From assembly GCA_038087875.1 (NCBI GenBank), contig JAXLNO010000172.1:124001-181398 (forward strand): DNA of 57,398 bases, in the 5' to 3' direction. This document shows positions 1 through 10,194 of this stretch, in pieces (the first letter of the stretch is position 1; each line of letters opens with the position of its first letter). Origin of the DNA: Malacoraja senta (Eukaryota). The notes under the pieces are model-generated. The model made no database searches. It saw only the letters and a list, made by a program, of their open reading frames with translations, and was not told where the DNA came from. The translations under genes were made by a program, and so were the position numbers.

Positions 1-439
1 AGAAATTCTTTATCGTTTACTACCACCCTCAAGTTGAATTATGTTTCACTGAGCTGTGATCAATTCTATTAATAAATAGAATATAATTATTCTGCCCAAC
101 TTAATTGAAATGTTAGAAAATTATAAATTGGCAAATGCATTCTTAAAATTTTGAATGATGCATATGTATAGCATAGATTTGAATATAAAAGTGAGAATTT
201 CTGGTGTAAATTGAAAATGCTACTAACAACATGATAGTAATTATCGATGCTTAAACGATAAACATTAAAACCTTTTTTCTGTTCAAAACTTAAAAGTTAC
301 AAATTGACTAAGCCCATTTTAATGATCAGCCCACTCTTGAGAAAATCTTGAGAACCAGCCATCAGGACAGCTTAAAGACGATATCCTGCAACAACTACCA
401 ACTGATTCCCATGGACTATTCCTCTATCTACAATACTCA

Positions 440-1320
440 AGGCAACAGTCAGATAGAATATAGTACATTTGCTTGAATGATTACAGTTCTAACAACACAT
501 GAAGCTTGACACTATTCAGAATAAAGCAGTCTGCGTGACTGGCACCCATTCCACCACCCTAAACATTTATTTCCGCATTCATGGGCACTAACTTCCTCAT
601 TTGCGAGTTATGTTTCCAAAGACTCCAATTATTCGAGTTATGCTCACAACAAAGAAAGATGGTTGTGGTGTTCAGAGGGCAATCATTCCAACCCCAAGGC
701 TTCACTGTAGGAATTGCCATGGTACTGTTATTGGGCCAATCATCTCCATTTGGTCTGTGACCTTCCTTCACAATAAGCGAGGATTGCACAATGTTCAATT
801 CCTTTATAATATATTAGCAAATGAAGCAGTGCATGACTGCATAAGACATGGACAGAAATTGACAATTGGCAGCCAGGTAATGACCATGTCCAACTTGAGA
901 TGGTCTAACTGCTCACCCTTGACATTAAATAGAAATACCATCACCATGTTCTACCCCATCAATATTCTGAGAATCACCATTGACCAGGAACACGACTGGA
1001 TCACATCAGTACTATGGCTGCAAGAGTAGGTCAGAGGTTGTGTATTCTATGATGAGTGAATTGCCTTCTAACACCGAAAGGCTATTCCACCATCTTCAAA
1101 GCACAAGGGAGCAGTGTGATGAAAAACGTTCCAATTGTGTAAATGAGAACAGTGCCAATAACTTTCAAGAACATTGACACCATCCAGGACAAACCAGCCC
1201 ACTTGATTAATATTCCTTCAATCTCCCTAAATATTTATTCCCTCCACTAGCACAAAATAATTGGTGTGTGTAGCATGCACAAAATATTACTTGCCTGGGT
1301 TTCTTTGACTGCACCTTCCA
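440..1320 (+). mobile_element. Two old, degraded LINE 3' fragments
   Basis: Related segments at ~505-580 (ttgacactattcagaataaagcagtc..cctaaacatttattt) and ~1173-1245 (ttgacaccatccaggacaaaccagcc..cctaaatatttattc). They resemble a LINE ORF2 C-terminus. Clade not assigned. Confidence 0.5.
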
Positions 1321-1324
1321 AGCC

Positions 1325-1604
1325 TTTAGACTTTAGAAATACAGCCTTTCAGCCCACTGAGTCTGTCCTGACAAGCGATCACCCCGTACACTAACACCAT
1401 CCTGCACATTAGGGACAATTTACAATTTTACTGAAGCCAATTAACCTACAAACCTGTACGTCTTTGGAGTGTGGGAGGAAACCGGATGGAGCACCCGGAG
1501 AAAACCCAAGGAGAACGTACAAATTCTGTACAGACGGCACCCGTAGTCGGGATCGAACCTAGGTCTCTTGCGCTGTAAGGCAGCAACTCTAACACGGTGC
1601 CGCC
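1325..1604 (-). mobile_element. tRNA-derived SINE (HE1/V-SINE-like)
   Basis: Reverse strand reads ggcggcaccgtg..gctgccttacagcgc..ggttcgatccc (box B-like), then the V-SINE core ggtttcctcccacactccaaagacgt. Homologous to 15442-15732. Confidence 0.85.
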
Positions 1605-2095
1605 ACTCCCTTGACCTCTTCCATCGACGAGGACAGTGGTAGTAAGCAAAAGAGAATGCCGCTACCTGCAGGTTTCCATCCAAGTTGCATACCATCCTGG
1701 CTTGGACGTAGTGTGTATGAGGGGACTGTAGATGCTGATTTAAACCGAAGATAGACCCAAAAAGCTGGAGTAACTCAGTGGGACAGGCAGTATCTCTGGA
1801 GAGAAGGAATGTGTGACATTTCAGGTCAAGACCATTCTTCAGACTGGTTAGGGATAAGGGAAGCGAGAGATATAGATGGTGATGTGGAGAGATAAAGAAC
1901 AATGAATGAAAGATATGCAAAAAAGTAACAATGATAAAGGAAGCAGGCCATTGTTAGCTGTTTGTAGGGTGAAAATGAGAAGCTAGTGCAACTTGGATGG
2001 GGGAGGGATAGAGAGAGAGGGGGGATGCCAGGGCTACCTGAAGTGAGAGAAATCAATATTCATACCATTGGGCTGTAAGCTGCCCAAGCAAAATA

Positions 2096-2267
2096 CAGTG
2101 CCCTCCATAATGTTTGGGACAAAGACCCATCATTTATATATTTGCCTCTGGATTTGAGATTTGTAATAAAAAAAATCAAACGTGGTTAAAGTGCACATTA
2201 TCAGATATTATTAAAGGGTATTTTTATACATTTTGGGTCTTTGTCCCAAATATTATGGAGGACACTG
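2096..2267. mobile_element. Tc1/mariner-type MITE (172 bp)
   Basis: ~33-bp terminal inverted repeats (TIRs) cagtgccctccataatgtttgggacaaagaccc / gggtctttgtcccaaatattatggaggacactg. TA on both sides (2094-2095, 2268-2269). Interrupts the Penelope inverted arm. Confidence 0.93.
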
Positions 2268-3565
2268 TATGAGATGCTGTTCCTCCAATTTGCATTTAGC
2301 CTCACTACTACATCTCCATCCCCCACCAGGAAGGCCTTAAAGCCCTCCGTTTCTTCCTCTACTGCAGAACCGTCCAATTTCCCTCTGCAAATACTCCACT
2401 CCGCCTACCAGCGGAGTTGGTCCTCACCCTCAACAACCTCGTTTGACTCCTACCATTTCCTCCAAGGCGTAGCTATGGGCACCCGCATGGGCCCCAGCTA
2501 CGCCTGCCTCTTTGTTGGGTACGTTGAACAATCCCTGTTCCAGGTGTACAGTGGCCCTAACCCCGAACTCTATCTCCGTTACATCGATGACTGCATCGGT
2601 GCTACCTTCTGCACCCATGCAGAACTCATGGACCATCAACTTCACCACCAATTTTCATCCTGCTCTCAAATTTACTTGGACCATCTCCGACACCTCCATC
2701 CCCTTTCTTGATTACCATCATAGGAAATAGACGATTGACTGAAGTCTATTACAAACCCGCTGGCTCACACAACTACCTCGACTAAACTTCTTCCCACCCT
2801 GCTTCCTGGAAAGAGTCTATCCCCTACTCCCAGTTCCTCTGTCTATGCCGCATCTGCACCCAAGATGACGTGTTCCATACTAGGAACATCGTGACTCGAA
2901 ACGTCACCCATTTCTTCTTTCCAGAGATGCTGCCTGTCCCGCTGAGTTACTCCAGCTTTTTGTGTCTATCTTCGGTTTAAACCATCTCCACCCCTATCCG
3001 CCTTCCGCAGAGACCATTCCCTCCGCAACTCCCTGGTTAACTCATCCCTTCCCACCCAAACCACCTCCTCCCCAGGTACCTTCCCCGGCAACCGCAGAAG
3101 ATGCAACACCTGTCACTATACCTCCTCTTGACTCTGTCCAAGTACCCTGACAGTCCTCTCAGGTTAGGCAAGGTTCACTTGCACCTCCTCCAACCTCATC
3201 TACTGTATCCGTTGTTCATGATGTGGGCTCTTATACATCGGCGAAACCAAACGCAGACTGGACGATCGTTTTGCGGAACACCTTCACTCAGCCCGCCTGA
3301 GCCCACCTGATCTCCTTCCCATTCCTACACAGACCTTTCTGTCCTCGGTCTCCTCCATTGTCAGTGAGACTAAATGCAAATTGGAGTAACAGCATCTCAT
3401 ATTTCGCTTGGGCAGCTTACAGCCCAGTGGTATGAATATTGATTTTTCTCACTTCAGGTAGCCCCAGCATTCCCTCTCTTTCTATCCCTCCCCCACCCAA
3501 GTCGCACTAGCTTCTCATTTTCACCCTACAAACAGCTAACAATGGCCTGTTTCTATTATCATCGA

Positions 3566-3874
3566 TTCCAACATCATCAAAGACCCACACCCTCATCTCA
3601 CCAATGCCATCGGGAAGAAGGTACAGGAGCCTGAGAACTGTAACATTCAGGAACAGCTTCTTCCCTACAACCATCAGGCTATTAAACACTACGACCTCAT
3701 AAGCAATGAACTACAATAGATTATTATTATTATTATTTTTTATTATTATTGCACTGTTATTGTTTTTTTTCTGAGTTTTTGTTATTATTTATTATGATCA
3801 CATATTCTGTTGTGCTGCAACAAGTACGAATTTCATTGTTCTATCAGGGACATATGACAATTAAACACTCTTGA
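3566..3874 (+). mobile_element. Rex1/Babar-type LINE 3' fragment inserted in the Penelope terminus
   Basis: ORF2 end (..PSGRRYRSL..RNSFFPTTIRLLN) plus a 3' tail ending tgacaattaaacactcttgac. Absent from the inverted copy at 1900-1950. Confidence 0.75.
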
Positions 3875-4346
3875 CTTTTATGCGTATCTTTCATTCATTG
3901 TTCATTATCTCTCCACATCACTGTCTATATCTCTCGTTTCCCTTATCCCCAAACCAGTCTGAAGAAGGGTCTCAACCCAAAACGTCACCCATTCCTCCTC
4001 TCCAGAGATGCTGCTTGTCATGCTGAGTTACTCCAGCTTTTTGCGTCCTTTCGGTTTAACCCAGCATCTGCAGTTCCTTCCTACACGGGTCTAGCTGGGA
4101 ACAAGTAATGAAGATGGTGGTTGTGGGAGTGTAATAATCTCTTTTGTATGATTCTTGATGAAAGGCTTCAACAAAGTCTGTAAATCTGTTGCGGGATATT
4201 AGACACAAAAAAAAATGTACATCATAACTGGGCTGTGAGGAATTGTTTGTATTGTCAATTATACTTGAATTGAAATGAAGTCTCATGCCCAAAGTATCTA
4301 ATAACAAGAACACTGCTCAAATACTGTTATGTTTTATTTTTCATAG

Positions 4347-4488
4347 TGATACTATTAATGTTGTTGCCTCGGATCATCGTCCATTTACTATCAAGCAGAA
4401 AGCTGTAGGAAAAGAAGATTTTACCAAAATTCCTCATGGTGTAACTGGAGTGCAAGACCGAATGACTGTCATCTGGGAGAAAGGAGTG
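4347..4488 (+). CDS. DPYSL5: DPYSL5/CRMP5 internal coding exon (142 nt)
   Basis: Acceptor ttttcatAG at 4345-4346 and donor GT at 4489. Encodes (x)DTINVVASDHRPFTIKQKAVGKEDFTKIPHGVTGVQDRMTVIWEKGV, matching the CRMP5 segment ASDHRPF..GKEDFTKIPHGV. Upstream exons lie outside the window. Confidence 0.96.
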
Positions 4489-5636
4489 GTAGGGTTGATT
4501 TTGTACAATTACAAATAATTTTGTATTTACGTTGATTATTCTTGCATTTGTATTGAACATTTGGGTTTTTCATATAATTGCTTTTTTTGTTTTAAAAAAA
4601 AGTGAATTTTGTTTCATGGAATTAAACGTGTGATTTTTTTTTCTCATTGCTTGTTCTCTGAACACAGAAATTACAATGATAAGATCCTGCCTGACATCTC
4701 TAAAGTCTTAAAAGGGGGGTGTAAACAAATGACTGCTACATATGTTACTTTTCTATCTTGCTGTAACCTCTAAAGAGTATGTTTTGGGTTCTCCTTAGTT
4801 AATAGGTTGATTCATGCAGTGGATCGATTCTTACCAGATATCAAATGGCAGGTGTACAAAAAAGATTCATTTTACAGACAGCAGAGAGAAAAAGGCTGCA
4901 CCCTCCAGCCCACCATTCCAAAGCTGTCTAGATTTGGTTTGAATATAATATCCATACTTAAAAAAATGCATTTCTGGTTGATAACTCTCCATTGGCTGCG
5001 TTCTTCAACCTCTTCAAATAGATGACAGGAACTCACCAATGCTTTTTCAGCAGTAAATGCAAAAGTCTTGGTCTCTGCCTACTATAAAGATACAGACAGT
5101 GATTATGTTGGGATTTTCAATACTTATGTCATTCATTATTCTCAATCTTGAAGTTGTCCCACTTCTAGTGCAATCATATTCAGTACTTCCCACACTGCAA
5201 ACAATACGTGGAAAATGATTCCGCAATCATCCACGATGGGAGTTGAGGATGATCATTTATTTCCAAACACCTACACATAAGACTGTCATTGTTCTATCTG
5301 GGGCATATGACAATAAAACAGTCTTGACTTGACTATTGATATACTGACAGTTTCCATTGTAGGATCATGCAGCTGTTAACTATCTACATGTCTGCAAAAA
5401 TTTGAAAATAGGAAGTGACCCAATCAACCTGGCATAACATTGTCTATGTTTGTGCCCGAATTCCACATCTAACCTCTTTCTTCCCTCCTCCACCACATCC
5501 CCTCCCCCCTCTCACTACCTCAATGACTATAGCCTAGTGGGTGAATGGTGCTCTTTTATGGTGGAGAAGGCTGATGATGGCAATGAAGCACTACTTTGAG
5601 CAGCTGTGAGCTTGTGTGGACTAGCTTTTGAATATG

Positions 5637-5840
5637 GAAGATAGACACAAAGTGCTGGAGTAACTCGGCGGGTTGGACAGCATCTCTAGAGAAAAAGGAG
5701 GGGTGACGTTTCGGGTTGGAGGCCTTCTTTAGACTGAAAGTAGAGAGGAGGGAACTGAAGGTAGGAAAAGATCAGAACAAATCGGGGTTGGCAACAGATG
5801 ACCACAGAAGGGTGGAGGCCATAATAACCCATTGTTGCCT
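5637..5840 (-). mobile_element. Penelope terminal (pLTR) fragment
   Basis: gatagacacaaagtgctggagtaactc..cagcatctctagaga..gggtgacgtttcggg, homologous to 1750-1845. Confidence 0.8.
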
Positions 5841-5924
5841 TGGGAAGCCCTGGTGAAATTAGATCAAGAATTACATCAAGATGACACAGCTTCGTGAAAT
5901 TTGTTTACCTGTTTAAAAAGGGCA

Positions 5925-6400
5925 GAAAAGCTCATCAGGAAGAGATGTGTTGTTGCCCGAGATTGAGCCTGATTTTGTCTTATCGTTCATGTTGGTATTC
6001 AGGCCCTGGCACAATTGGCTGACATTTGCTTGATTGAATTGAGCTTTTATCTTGTTCTGGAATTCTCTTTTGTCGTTCTTGTGGTCTTACAGAGATCGTA
6101 CTATGCCGTTTTGTACAGTGCAATGGCATCAGTGCAAAAGCCTCAGATTTGTTCAGCGTAGAGTAATCTGCCTGTTCATCCAAGGTTTCTTCTTAGGATG
6201 GAACCTAATTGTCTTTATCGGAGCGCAATCGTTAATGCAATTCATGATAAAATCGGTGATGATTGAGGTTTGCTTATCCAGACTGGATGAAGTCTTAAAC
6301 ATGTTTCAGTCCGCTAACACAAAATAGTTCTGAAGTAGACAATCGGCCTCCTCGGACCACTGCTATAATACCCTCTTGGTGCTTCATGCTTAAATTTCTG
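5925..6400 (-). mobile_element. Degraded Rex1/Babar LINE ORF2 fragment
   Basis: Reverse translation gives QWSEEADCLLQNYF..NMFKTSS..DFIMNCINDCAPIKTIRFHPKKKPWMN, the same region as 46150-46340. Confidence 0.65.
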
Positions 6401-6684
6401 CAGGAACAACATGATCCGACTGACCAAAATGAATGAGAGGGATGGAGCTATAAGCATACTTGAAGAATCCATTCATCTCATGGTTGCTGACTACTTGTTG
6501 GATTTCCTAAATACATTCCACCTGTCATCTGTAATTAAGGATGCTAATTGCTTCTTGGCTATAGACATGCCTGCAAATCTGTTTTTCTTCCCCTTCTAAG
6601 CTGCGATAGTCCTTTAAGAGTTCCTTGCATTCGTAGATTACTATCTCCTGAATTGCTACACAATTATTTGTGTAGAATATTTGG

Positions 6685-7825
6685 TCAATAGACAATAGGT
6701 ACAGGAGTAGGCCCTTCGAGCCAGCACCGCCATTGAATATGATCATGGCTGATCATCCCCAATCAGTACCCCGTTCCTGCCTTCTCCCCATATCCCCTGA
6801 CTCTGCTATCTTTAAGAGCCCTATCTAGCTCTCTTGAAAGTATCCAGAGAACCGGCATCCACCACCCTCTGAGGCAGAGAATTCCACAGACTCGCAACTC
6901 TCTGAGAGAAAAAGTGTTTCCTCGTCTCCGTTCTAAATGGCTTACCTCTTATTCTTAAAGTGTGGCCCCTGGTTCTGGACTCCCCCAACATCGGAAACAT
7001 GTTTCCTGCCTCTGGCGTGTCCAAACCCTTAACAATCTTATATGTTTCAATAAGATTCCCTCTCATCCTTCTAAACTCCAGAGTGTACAAGCCCAGCCAC
7101 TCCATTCTCTCAGCATATGACAATCCCGCCATCCTGGGAATTAACCTTGTAAACCTACGCTGCACTCCCTCAATACCAAGAATGTCCTTCCTCAAATTAG
7201 GGGACCAAACCTGCATACAATACTCCAGGTGTGGTCTCAATAGGGCCCTGTACAACTGCAGAAGGACCTCTTTGCTCCTATACTCGACGACTCTTGTTAT
7301 TAAGGCCAACATGCCATTTGCTTTCTTCACTGCCTGCTGTACCTGCATGCTTACTTTCATAGACTGATGAACAAGGACCCCCAGATCCCGTTGTACTTCC
7401 CCTTTTCCCAACTTGACGCCATTTAGATAGTAATCTGCCTTCCTATTTTTTATACCAAAGTGGATAACCTCACATTTATCCACATTAAACTTCATCTGCC
7501 ATGCATCTGTCCACTCCCCCAACCTGTCCAAGTCGCCCTGCATTCTCATAGCATCCTCCTCACAGTTCACACTGCCACCCAGCTTTGTGTTATCTGCAAA
7601 TTTGCTAATGTTACTTTGAATCCCTTCATCCAAATCATTGATATATAGTAAATAGCTGTGGTCCCAGCACCGAGCCTTGCGGTACCACACTAGTCACTGC
7701 CTGCCAATCTGAAAGGGACCCGTTAATCCCTACTCTTTGTTTCCTGCCTGCCTACCAATGTTCTATCCATGTCAGCACTCCACCCCCAATACCATGTGAC
7801 CTAATTTTGCCCACTAATCTCCTAT
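6685..7825 (-). mobile_element. CR1 LINE, 5'-truncated
   Basis: ORF 6821-7690: YINDLD..ISKFADNTKL, LYRALLRPHLEYC, RTRGH, WNSLP. CR1 3'UTR and a short (ctattgt)n tail near 6685. Confidence 0.95.
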
Positions 7826-8104
7826 GGGTCCTGTTCCAACATTTATTGATGACTTGTTCAAGATTATTAATTTTTCAACAAGTATAATCGGTGCACATCT
7901 TACTACTTGTTGTATTCAGTGAAAATCTATAAAGACAGATTCTATTAGCTATCCCTAAACTGATATTATTCTCTCCTTGCAAAATATCTTGAGCAGAAAA
8001 ATGGGTAAGCTCTCTGTGGAGCTTCAGATCGTCTGCACCCAATATTCATTTTTACACGGTGAACTCAGAAGTAGGATCAGAAAAAATATCTTGTTTTGTT
8101 TTAC

Positions 8105-8750
8105 ATGTTTTTCTATCACAAAGGACATTTGTTGTCACATACACCAATTGGTGCAGTGAAATTTGAGTTGCCATGCAGCACACAAATAAGATAAACACAA
8201 CACTATAGAATTTAACATTAAACATAAAAAACATCTCCCCACAGCGGGATCAACGTTTCCCACTGTGAGGGAAGACAGGAAAGTTCAGTCCACTTCCTCT
8301 ATGTTCACCCGTGGTCGGCGCCTATTGGGGCCTCTGCAGCGCCGCTGCGGCTGTATGCTCCGCAGACCACAGCTCCACGATGTTGAAGTCGGCAGTCCTA
8401 GCACTCCGGAGCTCCACACGGCGACCCGGGTAAGGCATCACCCGCTCCACGATGGTACGTCAGTGCTGCGCTGATGCTCGAAGCTCTGGCCGGTCTCCGA
8501 CAGGAAAGGTCACGCCATTCCAGATGGTAGGAGGGGGCGAAGATGCGGCTCGGAGGAAGGACGCATCCTCGACCAGGTAGTGAACTGGAAAAAAAACGGT
8601 TTCCCCCTTTCCCCCCCCCCCCCCCCCCCCATCCTCCACATAAAAAGACTAAAAGGCCTCCAATGCAAAACTCTTGACAAACTAAAAAAAAATTTAAAGG
8701 GTGGAGGACGAACAGCTGCAGGCGAGGCTGCCACACTCGATGGTGCCACC
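8105..8750 (-). mobile_element. GC-rich non-coding retroelement with Rex-like 3' tail
   Basis: CpG-rich body in an AT-rich intron. The reverse strand ends aaatttcactgcaccaattggtgtatgtgacaacaaat (stem-loop tail). No recognisable protein. Confidence 0.55.
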
Positions 8751-9124
8751 ACTCAGATTTATCGAGATTTAACGGAAATGTATCCCTTTTTACATTAGGC
8801 TTTATGGTCTAGGTTTTTTATTTTCTCTTTCACAAATTCACCTTTCATGCTGTATATTTCCAGAATTGACCCGAGTTGAGAAAAGGAAAAGGTTGGACAG
8901 AGGGGCACTTTGACCCTGCTTTCAGCATATTATCCTGTTGAGGGCATTGATAAAAGCGTAGATGCCACTGCTTATTATACCAATTACTGGAGAATACAGA
9001 GAGAAATATAAGAATATACATATTGCTATTTTAAGAGTCAAGAATGTTTAACTACTTTCAATACAAAAACCCAAAGGAAAACATTTTTTTGCAAGCAACA
9101 ATGAATACAATTTGATATTTTCAG

Positions 9125-9267
9125 GTCGGTGGCAAAATGGATGAAAACTGTTTTGTTGCAGTGACTAGTTCCAATGCTGCAAAAATTTTCAATTTGTATC
9201 CCAAAAAAGGAAGAATTGTTCCAGGAGCTGATGCTGATATTGTTGTGTGGGATCCAGAAGCTACAAG
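9125..9267 (+). CDS. DPYSL5: DPYSL5 coding exon (143 nt)
   Basis: ttttcAG|GTC..AG|GTacgt. Encodes [47 protein letters not shown](R). Phase is compatible with both neighbouring exons. Confidence 0.97.
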
Positions 9268-9849
9268 GTACGTTTTCGGAAACATGCGAATTTTGATTTT
9301 TATCAGTCAAGACTTTTGTGGTAACTGCAGTGGAAATTATCTGCCCCAGGAATGCTGATGGATTAGAACCATTGATTGTTGCAGGAAACAGTTCCTATCC
9401 ATTATACTATTACTCCATACGTATATGTTTTCTTTAGACAATAACCAGTTTAGGGAGAGGAAGATTTTGGGGTTAGAAGCTTAGGTTATGACTTATGTGC
9501 AAGGCTGTTTGCTGAAGAGCTGAAATGTTCTTGAGACAATTTGATTGTCTCAAGACAAATATTCTGAGACAATTTAACTGTACCCTCAACACTGACACTT
9601 TCTATAATTGGCTGTAGTGCTTAAATAAATAGTGTTTTTAAGTTATTTGCTAGAGTTGGTTGTCCATTTCACCCCTGAATTGACAACCAACATCAGATTT
9701 TCTACATATTGCTTGGTGGAGGTGCTTGACATTTATGTACAAAGTAGGGACCTACTTTCACCCTGCCAACTTTGAAACCACTAATTAAAAGGTTTTTACT
9801 CAACTGACTTACAAGAATCTTCCCACTATTTTTATTTTTTTTGCCTTCC

Positions 9850-10002
9850 ATCATGTATGTATGTGTAAATTGTGTTGTGTCTCGGGTCTTCTTTGTTTTG
9901 TAATGTATGGCTGCAGAAACGACATTTCGTTTGGACCTCAACGGGGTCCAAATGACAAATTTGTCCAAAAGACAAATAAAATTGTATTGTATTGTATTGT
10001 AT
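9850..10002 (+). mobile_element. Retroelement 3' tail with stem-loop and (attgt)n microsatellite
   Basis: tgtatggctgcag..atttcgtttggacc/ggtccaaatgacaaat, then attgt x4. Similar to the tail at 33760-33890. Confidence 0.65.
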
Positions 10003-10194
10003 TTACAAGGCACAAATAGAGTTTGTGGTTTTGAAAGTGATGCTGATATTTGTTGAATGAACTGAAAAAAAATTCAAATACAAAACAAAGTATAATGGTT
10101 TCCCTCAACTCAGAAATAAGTTCAAGTAAAGTTGATTCCTTGTCACAAAGCATGGGTGCACCAGAAAATACAAGAGAAGGTGTATATAAACCTC

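Larger units (their letters stand above)
1713..4086 (+). mobile_element. Penelope-like element, 5'-truncated, with an inverted copy of its 3' terminus (1713-~2305)
   Basis: RT motifs GVAMGTRMGPSYACLF and YLRYIDD (2460-2590). GIY-YIG endonuclease LIYCIRCS*CGLLYIGETKRRLDDRFAEHL (~3196-3285). 1713-2305 is the reverse complement of ~3360-3560 plus 3875-4086. Stops and frameshifts are present. Confidence 0.92.

Noticed and set aside
559..1177. ORFs of 65-142 aa at the window start as possible upstream DPYSL5 exons
   Set aside because: No CRMP-like sequence. They overlap degraded LINE DNA.
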